From positions 320,230,001 to 320,294,000 of the forward strand of contig CM097882.1 of the NCBI GenBank assembly GCA_044892505.1: DNA of 64,000 nt, read 5' to 3'. Of the stretch, positions 10,690-23,745 are shown in pieces. The notes below the pieces were generated by a model that was given only the letters and a program-made list of their open reading frames with translations, had not been told where the DNA came from and did not search any database. Source of the stretch: Schmidtea nova. Taxonomy: Eukaryota. Every line of letters starts with the position of its first letter. Positions within the stretch are counted from its first letter, which is position 1. The translations under genes were made by a program, and so were the position numbers.

Positions 10690-10950
10690 CAAAAATTCAA
10701 ATGCTATAGAGGACAGTTTCATTAAATAAAAAGCAGCAAACAAGTTCAAATGCAAAGATCACAGTTTCAATATATATAAAACACCAAGCAAACTCAAATG
10801 CGAAGATGAAAGATTTATTAAATAAAAAGTAGCAAGCAAACTCAAATACGAAGATGAAAGATTCATTAAATAAAACCCAGCAAGCAAACTCAAATGCAAA
10901 GATGACAGATTTATTAAATATGAAGAAGGAAGCAAATCAAAACTCAACGC
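10690..10950. repeat. Degenerate ~47-bp minisatellite, 5-6 copies, probably within a Gypsy LTR
   Basis: Unit is approximately GCAAACTCAAATGCGAAGATGAAAGATTTATTAAATAAAAAGTAGCAA. Confidence 0.7.
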
Positions 10951-11213
10951 GCCGACAATTTTGTTTAAATAAAATTTTATTATTTATAGTAATTTATTTC
11001 AGTGTTGCTAAATGATATTTATAATAAAACTTTTATTTATAAAATAAAGTAGAATGCAATTTTATCTAGAAAATAAGCCAAGGGGTAATTTTTATACTAA
11101 AATTTAAATCTATAAAATAAAATAAGTTGTTGCATAAACGCCAACTAAATTCAAATATTTATTTGCATTGACAACGAACTTATTTAAACAAGAATATTTT
11201 TAATATTATTACA

Positions 11214-12082
11214 TCTCTCCCTTATTCCCATTATTCCAACCGTATGGGTGCTCGTCTCGTTCTTTGGTCCCTTGAGGTAATTGTGGATTCCGTATATTCC
11301 GTACTTGCGGATGGTATGTCTATTGTTTTTCGAGTAACCCCTTTTATTTCGTTGTTTGATGTCGTAATCTCGTCTTCCTGGGATTGCTGAGGCTTTGTCG
11401 ATAGTTGGTTGTTACTTGAAAGTCTAATTGAGGGACCAATTTGCGAGTCAAATAATATCCATGATGTATTGTGACCCTTTGGCATAAGGTACTGGTTCGT
11501 TGCGAATGGATGAGTTGACGTTTGTTGATAACCAACGATATCGCCCTGGTCAAATTTGGATAGGATCGGTTTCCTGATGACTCTTCCAAATACTAGTTCT
11601 GCTGGGGATTTGCCGTTCTTGCCTGGAGCTATTCTGTGATAGAAAATAACTTTCTGTAGGAATGTGGTAAATTCCTGATGATATTGACTTAATTTCCAAC
11701 ATTTTATTGTTTTTTGATGGTCTGAACTGCCCTCTCTGCACGACCATTAGACACTGGAAAAGATGGTGGAGATTCCAACTTTCTAGCTCCTTGATTTTCT
11801 AACCATGTTACAAATTCACTTGAGGTGAACTCTTGAGCATTATCGGATACAATGCATTCTGGTATGCCGAAACGGGTGAATACTTCTCTTAGACAGTTTA
11901 TTAGTGTTCTGCTTAGACGATCAGGAGTAGTAAATGCTTCGATTCAACCTGAGCCTAATTCAGCTACTACTAGAATGTTGCCAACTTCATTCGAGTAGGC
12001 CCAGTCGATATGTTTACGCTGGAATGGACCAACGTTGGTCTACTTGTGTACCGCACGACTATACCTCGGTCTAAGATCCGAA
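11214..12082 (-). mobile_element. Gypsy LTR-retrotransposon integrase remnant with polypurine tract
   Basis: Minus strand reads GPFQRKHIDWA...LREVFTRFGIPECIVSDNAQEFTSSEF (integrase core D,D motif). The purine tract TGGGAATAAGGGAGAGA is followed by TGT, the LTR start at 11213. Confidence 0.8.
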
Positions 12083-13502
12083 TCAACCCCGCATGACTTC
12101 AGTTTGGCATTGACATCGTTGTACATATCCTATTAAATTCAGTTTTAAATAATTTGTATCAAATCCAACAGCAAGCAATACACCCAACAAACTTTGAAAA
12201 ATAGTATTCGCATCTTGTGCGTCAAGTTCCACAATATCTACGAACATTATTGGGGATATTTCAGAAGATTCTACTGTAGAAGATTCTACTTTGATGAAAA
12301 CTATAAGCGTTGATTTACTGGAAATGGTGGAAGCTTCATCAATAACAGTATAAATTTTTAAATTATTCTTAATAATTGATATAAACAATTCTTTTTTAGT
12401 TTCTTGCGCGATATGCTCTACAATCTTGCACTATGTCGAGAATGAAGTCCGGTTCCCATGTCCAACCCGTTTTTTACTTGAAGCTCTATTACACTTTCTA
12501 TGTCTGAAAACGGGCGGTTTCCTTTCGCTAGACTGTAAACAGTGTTGAAGATTCTTGTAGTAGAACTAATAAATTTCTCGTTCATCTTATCAATGCATGA
12601 TGTAAAAGTTTGTTTTTCAAGTATCTTGGCATGTTCAATAGCTAGTTTGTGTGATTTTGATGCAAAATGTTCACTCATTTTTTTCGTTAAAGATGCTTGT
12701 TGCACTATTTTGTCTTTCCCCGATGTCGTAACTTTACATTTTTTCCATTCCTGAGATATTAGTTTTGATTCCATTTTTAAACAATACTCACACCCCAATT
12801 TCTGATTACTGACAAATAGCCCATCATATTTAATTTTTAACTCCTTCAACTGTTTCGCATTCCAACAGCTTGGTAAATTATTATTGCCCTCATTTTGGGA
12901 ACTAGGAATCTCTAGTATTTGTTCCTGTAAAGTTATTGAAACTGCTTCTATCTCTGTTATAGTCGACCTGCTATCATTACTTACTGATGTTTCCTCTCTT
13001 ATTTTTTTCGAGAAATATGTGGTTAACATATTTTGTATCTTCATCTTCAAAAAATAAAATAGGTATTTAAAAATAAATTATTTAACTTAAAACAAGAAAA
13101 TAGTTAATTGAACTTACCTTACAAAACAAATAATAATTGACAAAATGAAATATTTAGATTAAACTTTTTCAATAGAAATTAGAAATAGATTTAATTTTTA
13201 CATATATACTTATCTATAGTAACTTGATAAAATTTAAAAATTTTTTATTTTTTTTAAAATTAACTGAAAGATTTCTATAAAGTAAAAAATTAGAATTGCA
13301 ATGAAAACTAGATAAAATTTTCAAATTGTTTATGTAAATTTGCACCAAATGATAAATAAATTTTATTTAAATAATTTTTTTTGCGTATTTTTTTTTGCCA
13401 AAGTAAATAATTTATTTTTTCCGCTTATTTTGATAGCCGGTTCCCACGAACCATCGAATTTACACCTAACGGTTCGCACGAACCGGTAGGAAAGCATCCC
13501 TG
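12083..13502 (-). mobile_element. hAT DNA transposon, 5' part (KIAA1586-like transposase), truncated
   Basis: Terminus CAGGGATGC... at 13502 with subterminal CCGGTTCG/CGAACC repeats. Protein has GCEYC...SEHFASKSH (Zn finger), FNTVYSLAK.NRPFSD...LQVKNGLDMG..LHS, and IDEASTIS (catalytic DE). Confidence 0.85.
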
Positions 13503-15229
13503 GATATGTCATAGCTCTGTAAACTGCTCACTTTTTGCAGATGCCAAACCAATATTTACAGCATCAACGTTGCTTGGCGACTAGTAACTTGTGATGTTGA
13601 AAGGTTTTTAAACAGTTACTAGAAGTATAGTGAAAATTGACGGTAAAGAACCATCTTTTTAAACCATCCACCAATTTTTTAATATTTTGATTCAAACTTG
13701 TTGTTTTTGAATGTAATCTTGGTGCGCTCTGTAATCATAGATTTCTCTGAGGTCTTGAATAGTTCATATTTTCTTCGCTAATTTTTTTATATGATAAGTT
13801 ACTTTCTACTTTTGGAAAAAGTATTGTCATAATCTTCGTTAACGCTGATATTTAATAAGTTTCGATGAAATTGTAAGTAATATCTTTTTATGTGGTCGTA
13901 TTTTCCTTTTTGACACGTGCTTGGGCTTTAAAAGAGAATATCCACAAGACTGCTGATCCTGCATTTGACAGATCCAATATTCATAGTTGTGATGCCATGT
14001 TGCCTTTTATATTTAAAAAATCATTATTTTAATAAACTTTATTATTAAAACAAAATAGTAACAGATTATACAGCAAAAACAAATAAATTAAAAGCCCACT
14101 TGTTAAACCTGCACAAAATAATATAAATTTTATATATTTTTTTATAAATAAATATTTGTTTAAATATTTGTTTCAATGACTACTATTAACTAAACTTTAT
14201 AAAATAATGTCAAATGCAAAAAATTGTGTTTCTTTTGCTTTTTATTTTATCAAGATCATAAATTAATCTTATAAAGTATAATTTCTAATAAATTTTAATT
14301 TTTCAACTTAATTTTTACTACTAAATTAATTTTTAATTATTATATAATATAAATAAACTTTTACGATATAAAATGTCTAAAACAAGCTCAGTAAGAGAAA
14401 TAAATAATCAAAGGCTTGTTTTATATAATTTCATTATTATATATTAATTATTGTTCAGATTGAAACGTCATAATTCGAATTCCAAAATGCTAGGTAAACT
14501 TATTACAACTATTTTAATATCAAAAGAATAAATTATAGTAAAATTTGATGACTTAATTTATCAAGAAATACATTAACAATGTAAATTGTTTTCTTTTCAT
14601 GAGTTCTAGACAATTTATTTTACTAATAAGTGATCAAAACTTCAATAACAATGAAACAGTTTTATTAAGAGTTTAAAAGAAAATGTAAAATATTTGATCA
14701 AAACATAAAAGTGTAATAATTTATTTTTTTCAATACAGTCTTTGATTATGATCTATTTAAAATTTACTTCTTGTCGTAATCCATAGATAATACAATAGAA
14801 ATATTTTATAAAAGAATACTCAGAGGAGATTATTAAAACAAAATATCTAAAAAGCATTAGATTTTCTTATTGTTAATGTTAGAAATACTTTTATCAGAAA
14901 TTTGATTATAAATTATGTCCATATTAGAAATAATAATTGAAGAAAATGAATTGGTGGTAATTGAATCCAATAAATAATATTTTATAATATAATTAATTTA
15001 TAATTTATTTGAAACGAGTCAAGACGATTTCTGATACCATTTTATTGCCATCAAACAATTTGTCAATCAAATAGTCAAAAGTACCATTGATAAACTTGAG
15101 ATCATCCAAAGAAGCATGGATCGACCAAATGTGTAGGCATTTCCTTTGACATTAGTACGAGTATCGAAATGATCAATTTCAGCAACAAAGTCTTGATGAA
15201 CCAATGTAGAATCTCTAAAGATAGTGAAA

Positions 15230-15645
15230 ATATGTTTCTTACACTATCTGAAGGAAGAACCAAAGTAGGAGTATTTTTAGGTCCTTATCTTAAGAAGTTA
15301 ATGAAAAATGATGCTTTTAAATTGGCACCTAATCAATAAGAAGTTAGAGCCTTAAACTTTCTCCTTCAAACAGTCGAAAACAGTTTAGAAAAGCATCTCT
15401 TAGATAACTAGACAGATATTATTGCAGAATTGTGGTTTTCAATTGCAGATATGAAGATACTTTGACTCATTGTTTTATTCAATTTAGATACTTATATATT
15501 TTAGGTTTTATTTCAGGTCAACATATCTCTCAAAGTTTATTTCCTCGAGAAAAATCTTTAATTCTTTCCTGAAAATATAGAAAATGTCTTTGATGGACAC
15601 AGTGAAAGATTTCATCAAATAATAAAGTTTCTCGAGAATGATGAG
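15230..15645 (+). pseudogene. Degraded DNA transposase fragment, probably CMC/Chapaev3-type
   Basis: LSEGRTKVGVFLGPYLKKLMKNDAF...LKVYFLEKNL*FFPENIENVFDGHSERFHQII resembles the motif GIFVGPQIRKLM...LKIHFLHSHLDFFPENLGAVSDEQGERFHQDI. The subfamily name is from memory. Confidence 0.6.
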
Positions 15646-16229
15646 TGACTTCTGTTGGTTGATAAATATTAACTTTTCTATCTAGAAACTCTTGAATGTG
15701 ATTTTTGACTATACTCACTAATGCTAGTAATTTAGTAATAATAACATTTACAATTTTGCGTAATGTAGTTATCTATGATTCCCTAAAATACATGATGACA
15801 TTCGACTGATTTTACTTCAAAATGACCTTTTTACTAATTTTCGGATATCGTTTTATAGATAAAACTTGACGTGATGGACAAATTTCGATATAATTTTTGA
15901 AATGCCAAAATACCCTTCATAAGTATATTTTCATCAAATAAAAAAATTGATGTCGGGTAGTGTTATTATATTGCTGAGTTTCAGACACAAAAAGAAAAGA
16001 AAAAAGCGTTATTTCATGTTTTATTTATTTTCATTTTTTCAGACAATAGATCAAAAATATTTATTTTTTCTTATTCAACAAAATTATCTTCATTGTTTTG
16101 AATTGGAAACAAATAATTTTGATTTCTATTGTCTGAAAAAAATAAAATGAAAGGAAATCACAGAAAAGAATAAAGATGAAGAAAGTTAACGATTTTTATG
16201 ATACTTTAACAAACATTGTAAAGTTTTAA

Positions 16230-16490
16230 TTAATGATAAACGCCACTCACAACAACGCACCCATGCTAACATCCAAACTATTTAAATACATTCAAAATGC
16301 ACGTGTCCAATTTTCGGATTCAAAGATCTTATCAACAACGCTTCACATATAATGCGTTCATAATGATTATTAGGATTTTTTGATAAGATTTAAAGCCAGA
16401 CTTACCAATCTTTCTGTTACAGTTTTACTTGCATTTGAATGTTTTTAAATAGTTTAGATATTAGCATGGTTGCGTTATTGTTTTAATTAA
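16230..16490 (-). mobile_element. Penelope-like element, 3' remnant with an inverted piece
   Basis: Minus strand reads NNHYERIICEALLIRSLNPKI...TCILNVFK* (GIY-YIG C-terminus). An inverted copy of the ORF end and 3' UTR lies at 16430-16490. Confidence 0.65.
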
Positions 16491-16652
16491 ATTGAATAAT
16501 GAAATTGGTTTTGTTAAAATTAAGTATTTTATAATTAAATTTTTTGATTAAATTTTAATAAATAAAAATTATATTTTAAAATAATATATAAAATTTAAAA
16601 CCTTGTCTAATTATATTTTATAAATTGTTTCAATAAATTGAATTTAACATAG

Positions 16653-19600
16653 TTTTTTCTGGGTTCCTGAAGGTGGCAAGGAATCTGTCAAAATATATAG
16701 TACGGATGTTATATGAGTGGAGTTTTCATTAATTATTATGATAATTTCATGTTTCATTAACTTGTACGATATCCGATTAAAATATTTCAGAAAAGCGGAA
16801 TTCCAGAACTCCATTGTTTTTAAAAACCGTTCCGGCAATTGTGGTATTAGTGAAACCAAATGGTAAACTGTATCCACTAACAAGAATCACTGGATTCTCT
16901 ATCGACGAGGTAGAAATTCTTTGTGACATTGTCACAATTAATTTGTAAGGCACTTCTTATTTTATCTAATATTTTAGATTTTGTCTAATTGTACCCAAGT
17001 TATGAAATTAACTTCTGCCGCTCGAAAATTATACTCCAATCATGGAGAGTTAATAGAATCATTCGATGAACTCAAAACGAATGATGAAATTTATGTATCT
17101 CTTGGTGAACCTTTTATTGATCCGATGAAACTTATTAAAGGTATTTTGAACAATTTTATGTTAATCTCTGTGTCATTTGAGCTAAATTTTATCACCAACT
17201 GCCACAAACTTTATTCTATTTTATAAAAACAAAAAAATTAAAGACAATCAACAACTTTGGTGCGTTATGTTATCACATGAAATGCAACTTTAACTCAACT
17301 TCTTTTCTGGTTTCCACATCATGACAATATATTTTATCTTATATAAAATGAAATACAGTGCGTAAAACTGAGATAAACATACCTATACAAAATAATAATT
17401 TCAAGTGTTTAATTATTTTTTGTTTTACCTAATCAATTTCGTAAAAGTTTTTGTTTGTGGTTATTTAACGCATTGCAGACACGGGGAAAAAGTGTGATAT
17501 TATTTCAGTCAATAAAAAATGATCAAAAATAAGTTCTTCTATAGAAGTCTTTAAGCCAAATATCGGAGATGTTTTCCTTGTCTATTGGAGCTATTATTAA
17601 TGTAATGAAGGTAATATCGTGTTATACTTTATAATATTCATTGTTTTGATGCATTAAATAAGAATGATTACTATTTCTATTGTAAGAATATAACGAGAAG
17701 GGAACTGTCAGGGGTAATAAAGGAAAATGTAAAGGCCATTCAACGCTGAATGAGCGAGACCTTCGTCGTTTGAAGTTGTCCGTTCAACGTTATTCTTTTT
17801 CTACCATTGAACAACTTAGAATATATGTGATTGTGAATGATAGTGTTCCAGTGACTCAAATGACCATAGGAAATTACTTAAGGAAGATGGACATCACATT
17901 TAGGGCGTCTAGGTGTAAACTGTTGCTGACATATTTTCAAAGATCCAGGCGAGTATTATGGGCAAAGAGTCTACTCAACAAACCTACGCAGTTCTGGACT
18001 ACCTGATTATTCTCCAATGAGTGTGTGGAAGAACTTCCGTTGGGGGGGAATCAGTGAAAAAACTGTGTGTCAGCTCCGAATTATCCCTCGTAATACGCGT
18101 TAGAATTCCGAGTGGTATATCAGTGTATTAGAAAATAAAGTGAAAGACAGTTTACTGATTCACTTTCGCTCACTTAATAAGTGTTGTTTTCAAGATGAGA
18201 GGGCGCCTTGTCCCCGTTCTAATGTAGTTGTGAAAAGGCGTAAATAGTTTGGTATTATATTATTGGAATGGCCTGGGCAGTCCCTAGACTGTAATCCAAT
18301 TGAGGATATGTTGAATTACTTAAAGATCAGAGTCAGATCGATGGATCCAAAAATTATTCCAGAGTTTAAAAAACAATATTACATGTCTAGCATAACCAGA
18401 TCTTTGAATACTGCCAGGCTCTTTGCACATAAATGCCCAGATGACTTAGGAATGTCATTAGAAACAATGGATCTACAGTTATATACTAACATAACACTTT
18501 GTTCAAGCTATAATAAGTTTAAGCTCTTTCGCATGGGTGTGCTTAATTCAGTTTTACGCACTGTAATATCTACTCATTAACAATGCAAAAAACCCAAAAG
18601 AAGTTCACAGTAATGGATTCCACTTCTGACAACATTTTTAGCGACACTGAAATAAATAACTGTAAATAATAAAATTTTATTTAACCAAAAATGTCGGAGC
18701 GTTGAGTCTTTATTTGTTTCCTTCTTCTTAATAATTAAATCTGTCGTCTTCGCATTTGAATATGAGTGGTGCTTCTTTTTTAACGAAACTCTCATCTTTT
18801 AAATTTGCATAACCTTGCTTGCCATTTTTAGTGATATTAAAACAACGATAAAACCAAATCTAGATAANNNNNNNNNNNNNNNNNNNNNNNNNNNNNNNNN
18901 NNNNNNNNNNNNNNNNNNNNNNNNNNNNNNNNNNNNNNNNNNNNNNNNNNNNNNNNNNNNNNNNNNNNNNNNNNNNNNNNNNNNNNNNNNNNNNNNNNNN
19001 NNNNNNNNNNNNNNNNNNNNNNNNNNNNNNNNNNNNNNNNNNNNNNNNNNNNNNNNNNNNNNNNNNNNNNNNNNNNNNNNNNNNNNNNNNNNNNNNNNNN
19101 NNNNNNNNNNNNNNNNNNNNATTTAATAAGAGAATGAATTTTTAAATTGCGTTTAATATTTTACTGTGCAAAAGATTTTTTATTATGAATTATATTTTTT
19201 ACTGTGCTTTTGATTTCCAGCGATATATTTTTTAATACATTACATCAGTAAAAATGATTTTTAAAATCAAGATACTGAAATTTTGGTAGATGGGATGTTT
19301 AAGATTTTTATAAAATTGTAAATCTATGTTACATATTTTTATATTATTTTTTACTGTATTTTTTATTTATTTTTAGCTTTTCTCAAATAAATCTTTTGAT
19401 AAAAGCATTTTTTGTAGAATTAGAATAATCAATATAAATAATGTTAATATTTACTGTCTATTAAAAAAGACAATGCTAAAATTTTGTGTTTTGTTACAAA
19501 TATTTTGGTCTGATATTAAAGAATGATAATAAAATAAATCTTAAATAAAAGGCCAAAGGCTAAGAAAATAATTTTTTTTAAAGATAACCTGATTGTCCCG

Positions 19601-22600
19601 AATAATCTAAATAAGTAATTATAATATCGATAATAAATATACACGCATACGCTCTACCCTGTTTTGGTGTGGTGGATAGAAACCGTATAAAAAACGCACA
19701 AAACAAAATTTCTGAAACTTCAAAAGTAACTATAAAAATATTTTTCGCCACACATTTAATTTTTTTTAAAAAAGGGTCAACTAACAATTGCAATTTAAAT
19801 AAGGGCAAGTATAAAAATTTTCATATCTACCACGAATCTCGTTTTGTATAGGTCTAATGTCACGAATTCGGGTTTTTCTAGTAAAATGGGGTACATTGGA
19901 CTCGATTTTCCAAACATTTTGTCACTTAGTCAAAATTGTTTAAAAATGTATAAATATCGTTAAAAATGTTTTTGGTTAATGTCCAGGGGTTAGTTGCCGG
20001 GTGCTGGAGAACCTTGGAGCACTTTATTTGGCAAATTTGTAAAATCTGGTATTTTGCAAAATCAACACTGATACATGCATATATAATGTGATGGTGATAT
20101 ACATTTGTACATTCAAGAAACCTTATGACAAAATAATCTTTAAATTGCTTATTACTTTTTATTCATGTTTTCAGATCCAGATTAAACGATGGTGTGGGTC
20201 AGGTTTTAATTACTTAGCTCTGAACCGAACTACGACATTTTGCTGTGTGCCTGCACTCTACAACCGTACGGATATTGCATTGCTTCCAAATTCCATTATT
20301 ATCTCTATCGTTATCTTTTCAAAGAGTAGTGATTTTTTTTCTGTCGGGACTAGTAGGGATATTATGTATTTTGATAGACATTTTTATTTCATAAACCTCA
20401 TTTAAGAAATCGCACAAGAACAGATTTGAGTGTATTTATATATAAATAATTAATATTTCATTTCGTTTATTACATTATTGTTTAAGATTGTTATAATAAA
20501 TCAAACTATCTTATATGTAATTGATCCTAAAATATTTTTTTCAGAATCTATATTAATTAAAGAAGGCAGTTTTTGGGGCCTAAATGGTCTCTATATTCCA
20601 AAATCAAAGCGTAAGGTCGCCTCTGCTGGTGTAAAGCGTACAGGGTTAGTGTTTTTATTAGAGTTAGTTAATTATCTTAATAACTTCTGTTACATTTAAA
20701 GACATTTAAAAATAGTGNNNNNNNNNNNNNNNNNNNNNNNNNNNNNNNNNNNNNNNNNNNNNNNNNNNNNNNNNNNNNNNNNNNNNNNNNNNNNNNNNNN
20801 NNNNNNNNNNNNNNNNNNNNNNNNNNNNNNNNNNNNNNNNNNNNNNNNNNNNNNNNNNNNNNNNNNNNNNNNNNNNNNNNNNNNNNNNNNNNNNNNNNNN
20901 NNNNNNNNNNNNNNNNNNNNNNNNNNNNNNNNNNNNNNNNNNNNNNNNNNNNNNNNNNNNNNNNNNNNNNNNNNNNNNNNNNNNNNNNNNNNNNNNNNNN
21001 NNNNNNNNNNNNNNNNNNNNNNNTAGATTATACTTGATAACAAAAGTCTGGTTTGTATTTGCTATTTATTTGGTATTTATTCATAATTTGTGAAAATTTT
21101 CGAAATGTCACTTATTTGTAGCATTTATTCACTTGCTGTTTTCGTAAATAAATATTCAAAAATATTCAACTTCACTAGCTTCTGCTTTTTTAGTTAATAA
21201 TTATAATTTGTTTAAATTTGATTTTATCGTGTTTTTCTTTATAGTATCAAATATATTTCTATCAGCTCCAAATGAAAGTATCATTAACATATCATATTTT
21301 ACCATTGATCTTTTCGTTTCTATTTCAGAAATTTTCATTATTTTTTAAAAAAACTTAAGATCAGTATTGTATTTTATAATGTTACACGAATTTTCGGCAC
21401 AGCCTTTGCCAAGTGTGTATTTGGAAATAGTTTTTGTCGCTTGTTTAAATATTTTATATTATTTTGAATTGACTTGATATTTGAAATTCGTTCATAATAT
21501 CTATTTAAAAATTAATATAAAAAATAAAAAACTAATATCTTAATGAAAAAATGCATTTTAAACCTTAAGGTAAATATACAAGTAAAGTCTAAGGCAGCGC
21601 TTCTCAACCTTGCTGTTATTGCGACCAGTGGCGGACTGGCTACTTATTCTCAGGGTTGCTGATGTACCTCAGGGGCCCGTAATTGCATGCAGGGTCACGA
21701 ATTCTTTCTAAACAAATTTTACCTCTATGTTAAATTTACGTGAAAATGACTTTTGTGCACCCTATGGTAGTTACACACCAACATTGTAATATCATTTGAT
21801 TACCCATTAAAAAGAAAATGATTAGATAGGCTACTTATTAAATATTACAGCTCATTTAACACCAGAAAACAACACGTACAGTATGTGGAGCAAGTAACAG
21901 GCAGAAATAAACAGGAGAAAATGTTAGTACAGTAAAGCACGTTTTAATTCGTTAGAACTTTTTGCAAGGTGGTCTATGATGACATCATGATCTATGGGGA
22001 AATTCTTCTCTTCTAAAGCAATCAACATTAGTGCTTCTAGGTGAGCCAATCGTTGAGCGCAATCGACTTTTTATTATTTTCAATTTGCTAAATGAGCGTT
22101 CACAACTGACCTGTGTACAGCTGAGTGTCATGACCATCTTATACACAATGTACAAATTTGTGTAGGAGGAAACAAATAAATTATGAAAATGGAGAGCTTT
22201 GAAAGCACATACAAGACAGTTCTGACAAGGAATGTTACTTTTCAAGCATATATCTTGAGTGTGCTCGATATCTTCATCAAAATTCAATGGACTGCTAGCC
22301 TCATTAACAGAAATTTCAGTTTGAAGGAAATTGCTGGACTGTATATCCCGGTAGCTGAGAGCAAACGAGACCAATTCATCACGCAAATCACACACATCTA
22401 CATTCGCCATGCCTGCCAATTTTAAAAGAAGTGACGGATTTTCTTTGAGATAGGATTGGATGCTGTCAAACTTGTTCGGATCCAAAAGGCTTATGTCCAT
22501 ATACAGATCCTTGTTGGCAGAAAATCTTGACTGGACTTGTGTAATTGCATTGTCAATTACACATTTAAAAGTGTCAATTTCAAATTTCCGGTTTGCAGAA

Positions 22601-23655
22601 AATGTGTATTCATTTTCGTCATCTGCTTCATAATTGAATTTCTTTGGTACACGATGTGGTCGTGTACCAAAAAATGTTCGTAAATCAGCCTGATTATTAT
22701 AATTCTATACTTGCATTGTTGATTTAAATAATTTTTTTTCATAAAGTACAAATCAATAGGTATTAACTAAAATATATATTTTTATTCTACATTGGGCCCG
22801 GATCCCTAACATTTGGAAAGGGCCCGGGTTGCTAACGCAACCCGGCAACCCGGGTCAGTCCGCCACTGATTGCGACCCAGTTTATCAACGTAAATATTCT
22901 CACGCCCCCCATTTTTTGATTTATCGAAAATTATAGTGTCATAATGAAAACGGTCCGATATTCGTACATTTAATTTTATTGTTAAAATGCGACTGTTTGC
23001 TATAAATGCACAGTAATGTATACGTTTATCCCTACCCTTTATACCAACGCCTACTAAAATACAGGCTTAACACAAGTAGTGGGAGGTTGGGGTATTGTCC
23101 CGTCTGCTAATTCCGAATGCATATGAGTTTCGGGAGGTTGTCATTGTAGGTGTGTGCAGTATGTGGGCAACAAAATACAGATCACAGCTAAATATAGAAA
23201 AAGAACTTAGGGTATCCATATCTGGTATTACTCCTTCATTTCAAAAACTTTGCAATTAGAAACAGGCTCAAGGAAGTCATTAATTAATAACAATAACATA
23301 TTTAACTGGTATTTGTTTCATACTAATAAACTTAAATAATAAATATGATAAATTATTTATTGGTAATATGTAATNNNNNNNNNNNNNNNNNNNNNNNNNN
23401 NNNNNNNNNNNNNNNNNNNNNNNNNNNNNNNNNNNNNNNNNNNNNNNNNNNNNNNNNNNNNNNNNNNNNNNNNNNNNNNNNNNNNNNNNNNNNNNNNNNN
23501 NNNNNNNNNNNNNNNNNNNNNNNNNNNNNNTTATTTGATCTTCAACAAAGTTTTAATTTTGTTTTTAAATATACTCGCGCCCCCCTTCTAGTAACGCCGC
23601 GCCCCCAAGGGGGCGCACCCCACAGGTTGAGAATCGCTGGTCTAAGGTAAAGGTA

Positions 23656-23745
<90 letters not shown>

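Noticed and set aside
10690-10950. Regularly spaced repeats as a CRISPR array
   Set aside because: The units are contiguous and degenerate with no unique spacers, there are no cas genes, and the context is eukaryotic.
13600-14020. Possible transposase remnant on the minus strand
   Set aside because: All frames are broken and I could not identify a diagnostic motif.
14373-14493. Possible first DCDC1 exons (MSKTSSVRE..., GC-AG intron)
   Set aside because: Needs a non-canonical donor and has no recognisable homology; cannot be supported without RNA data.
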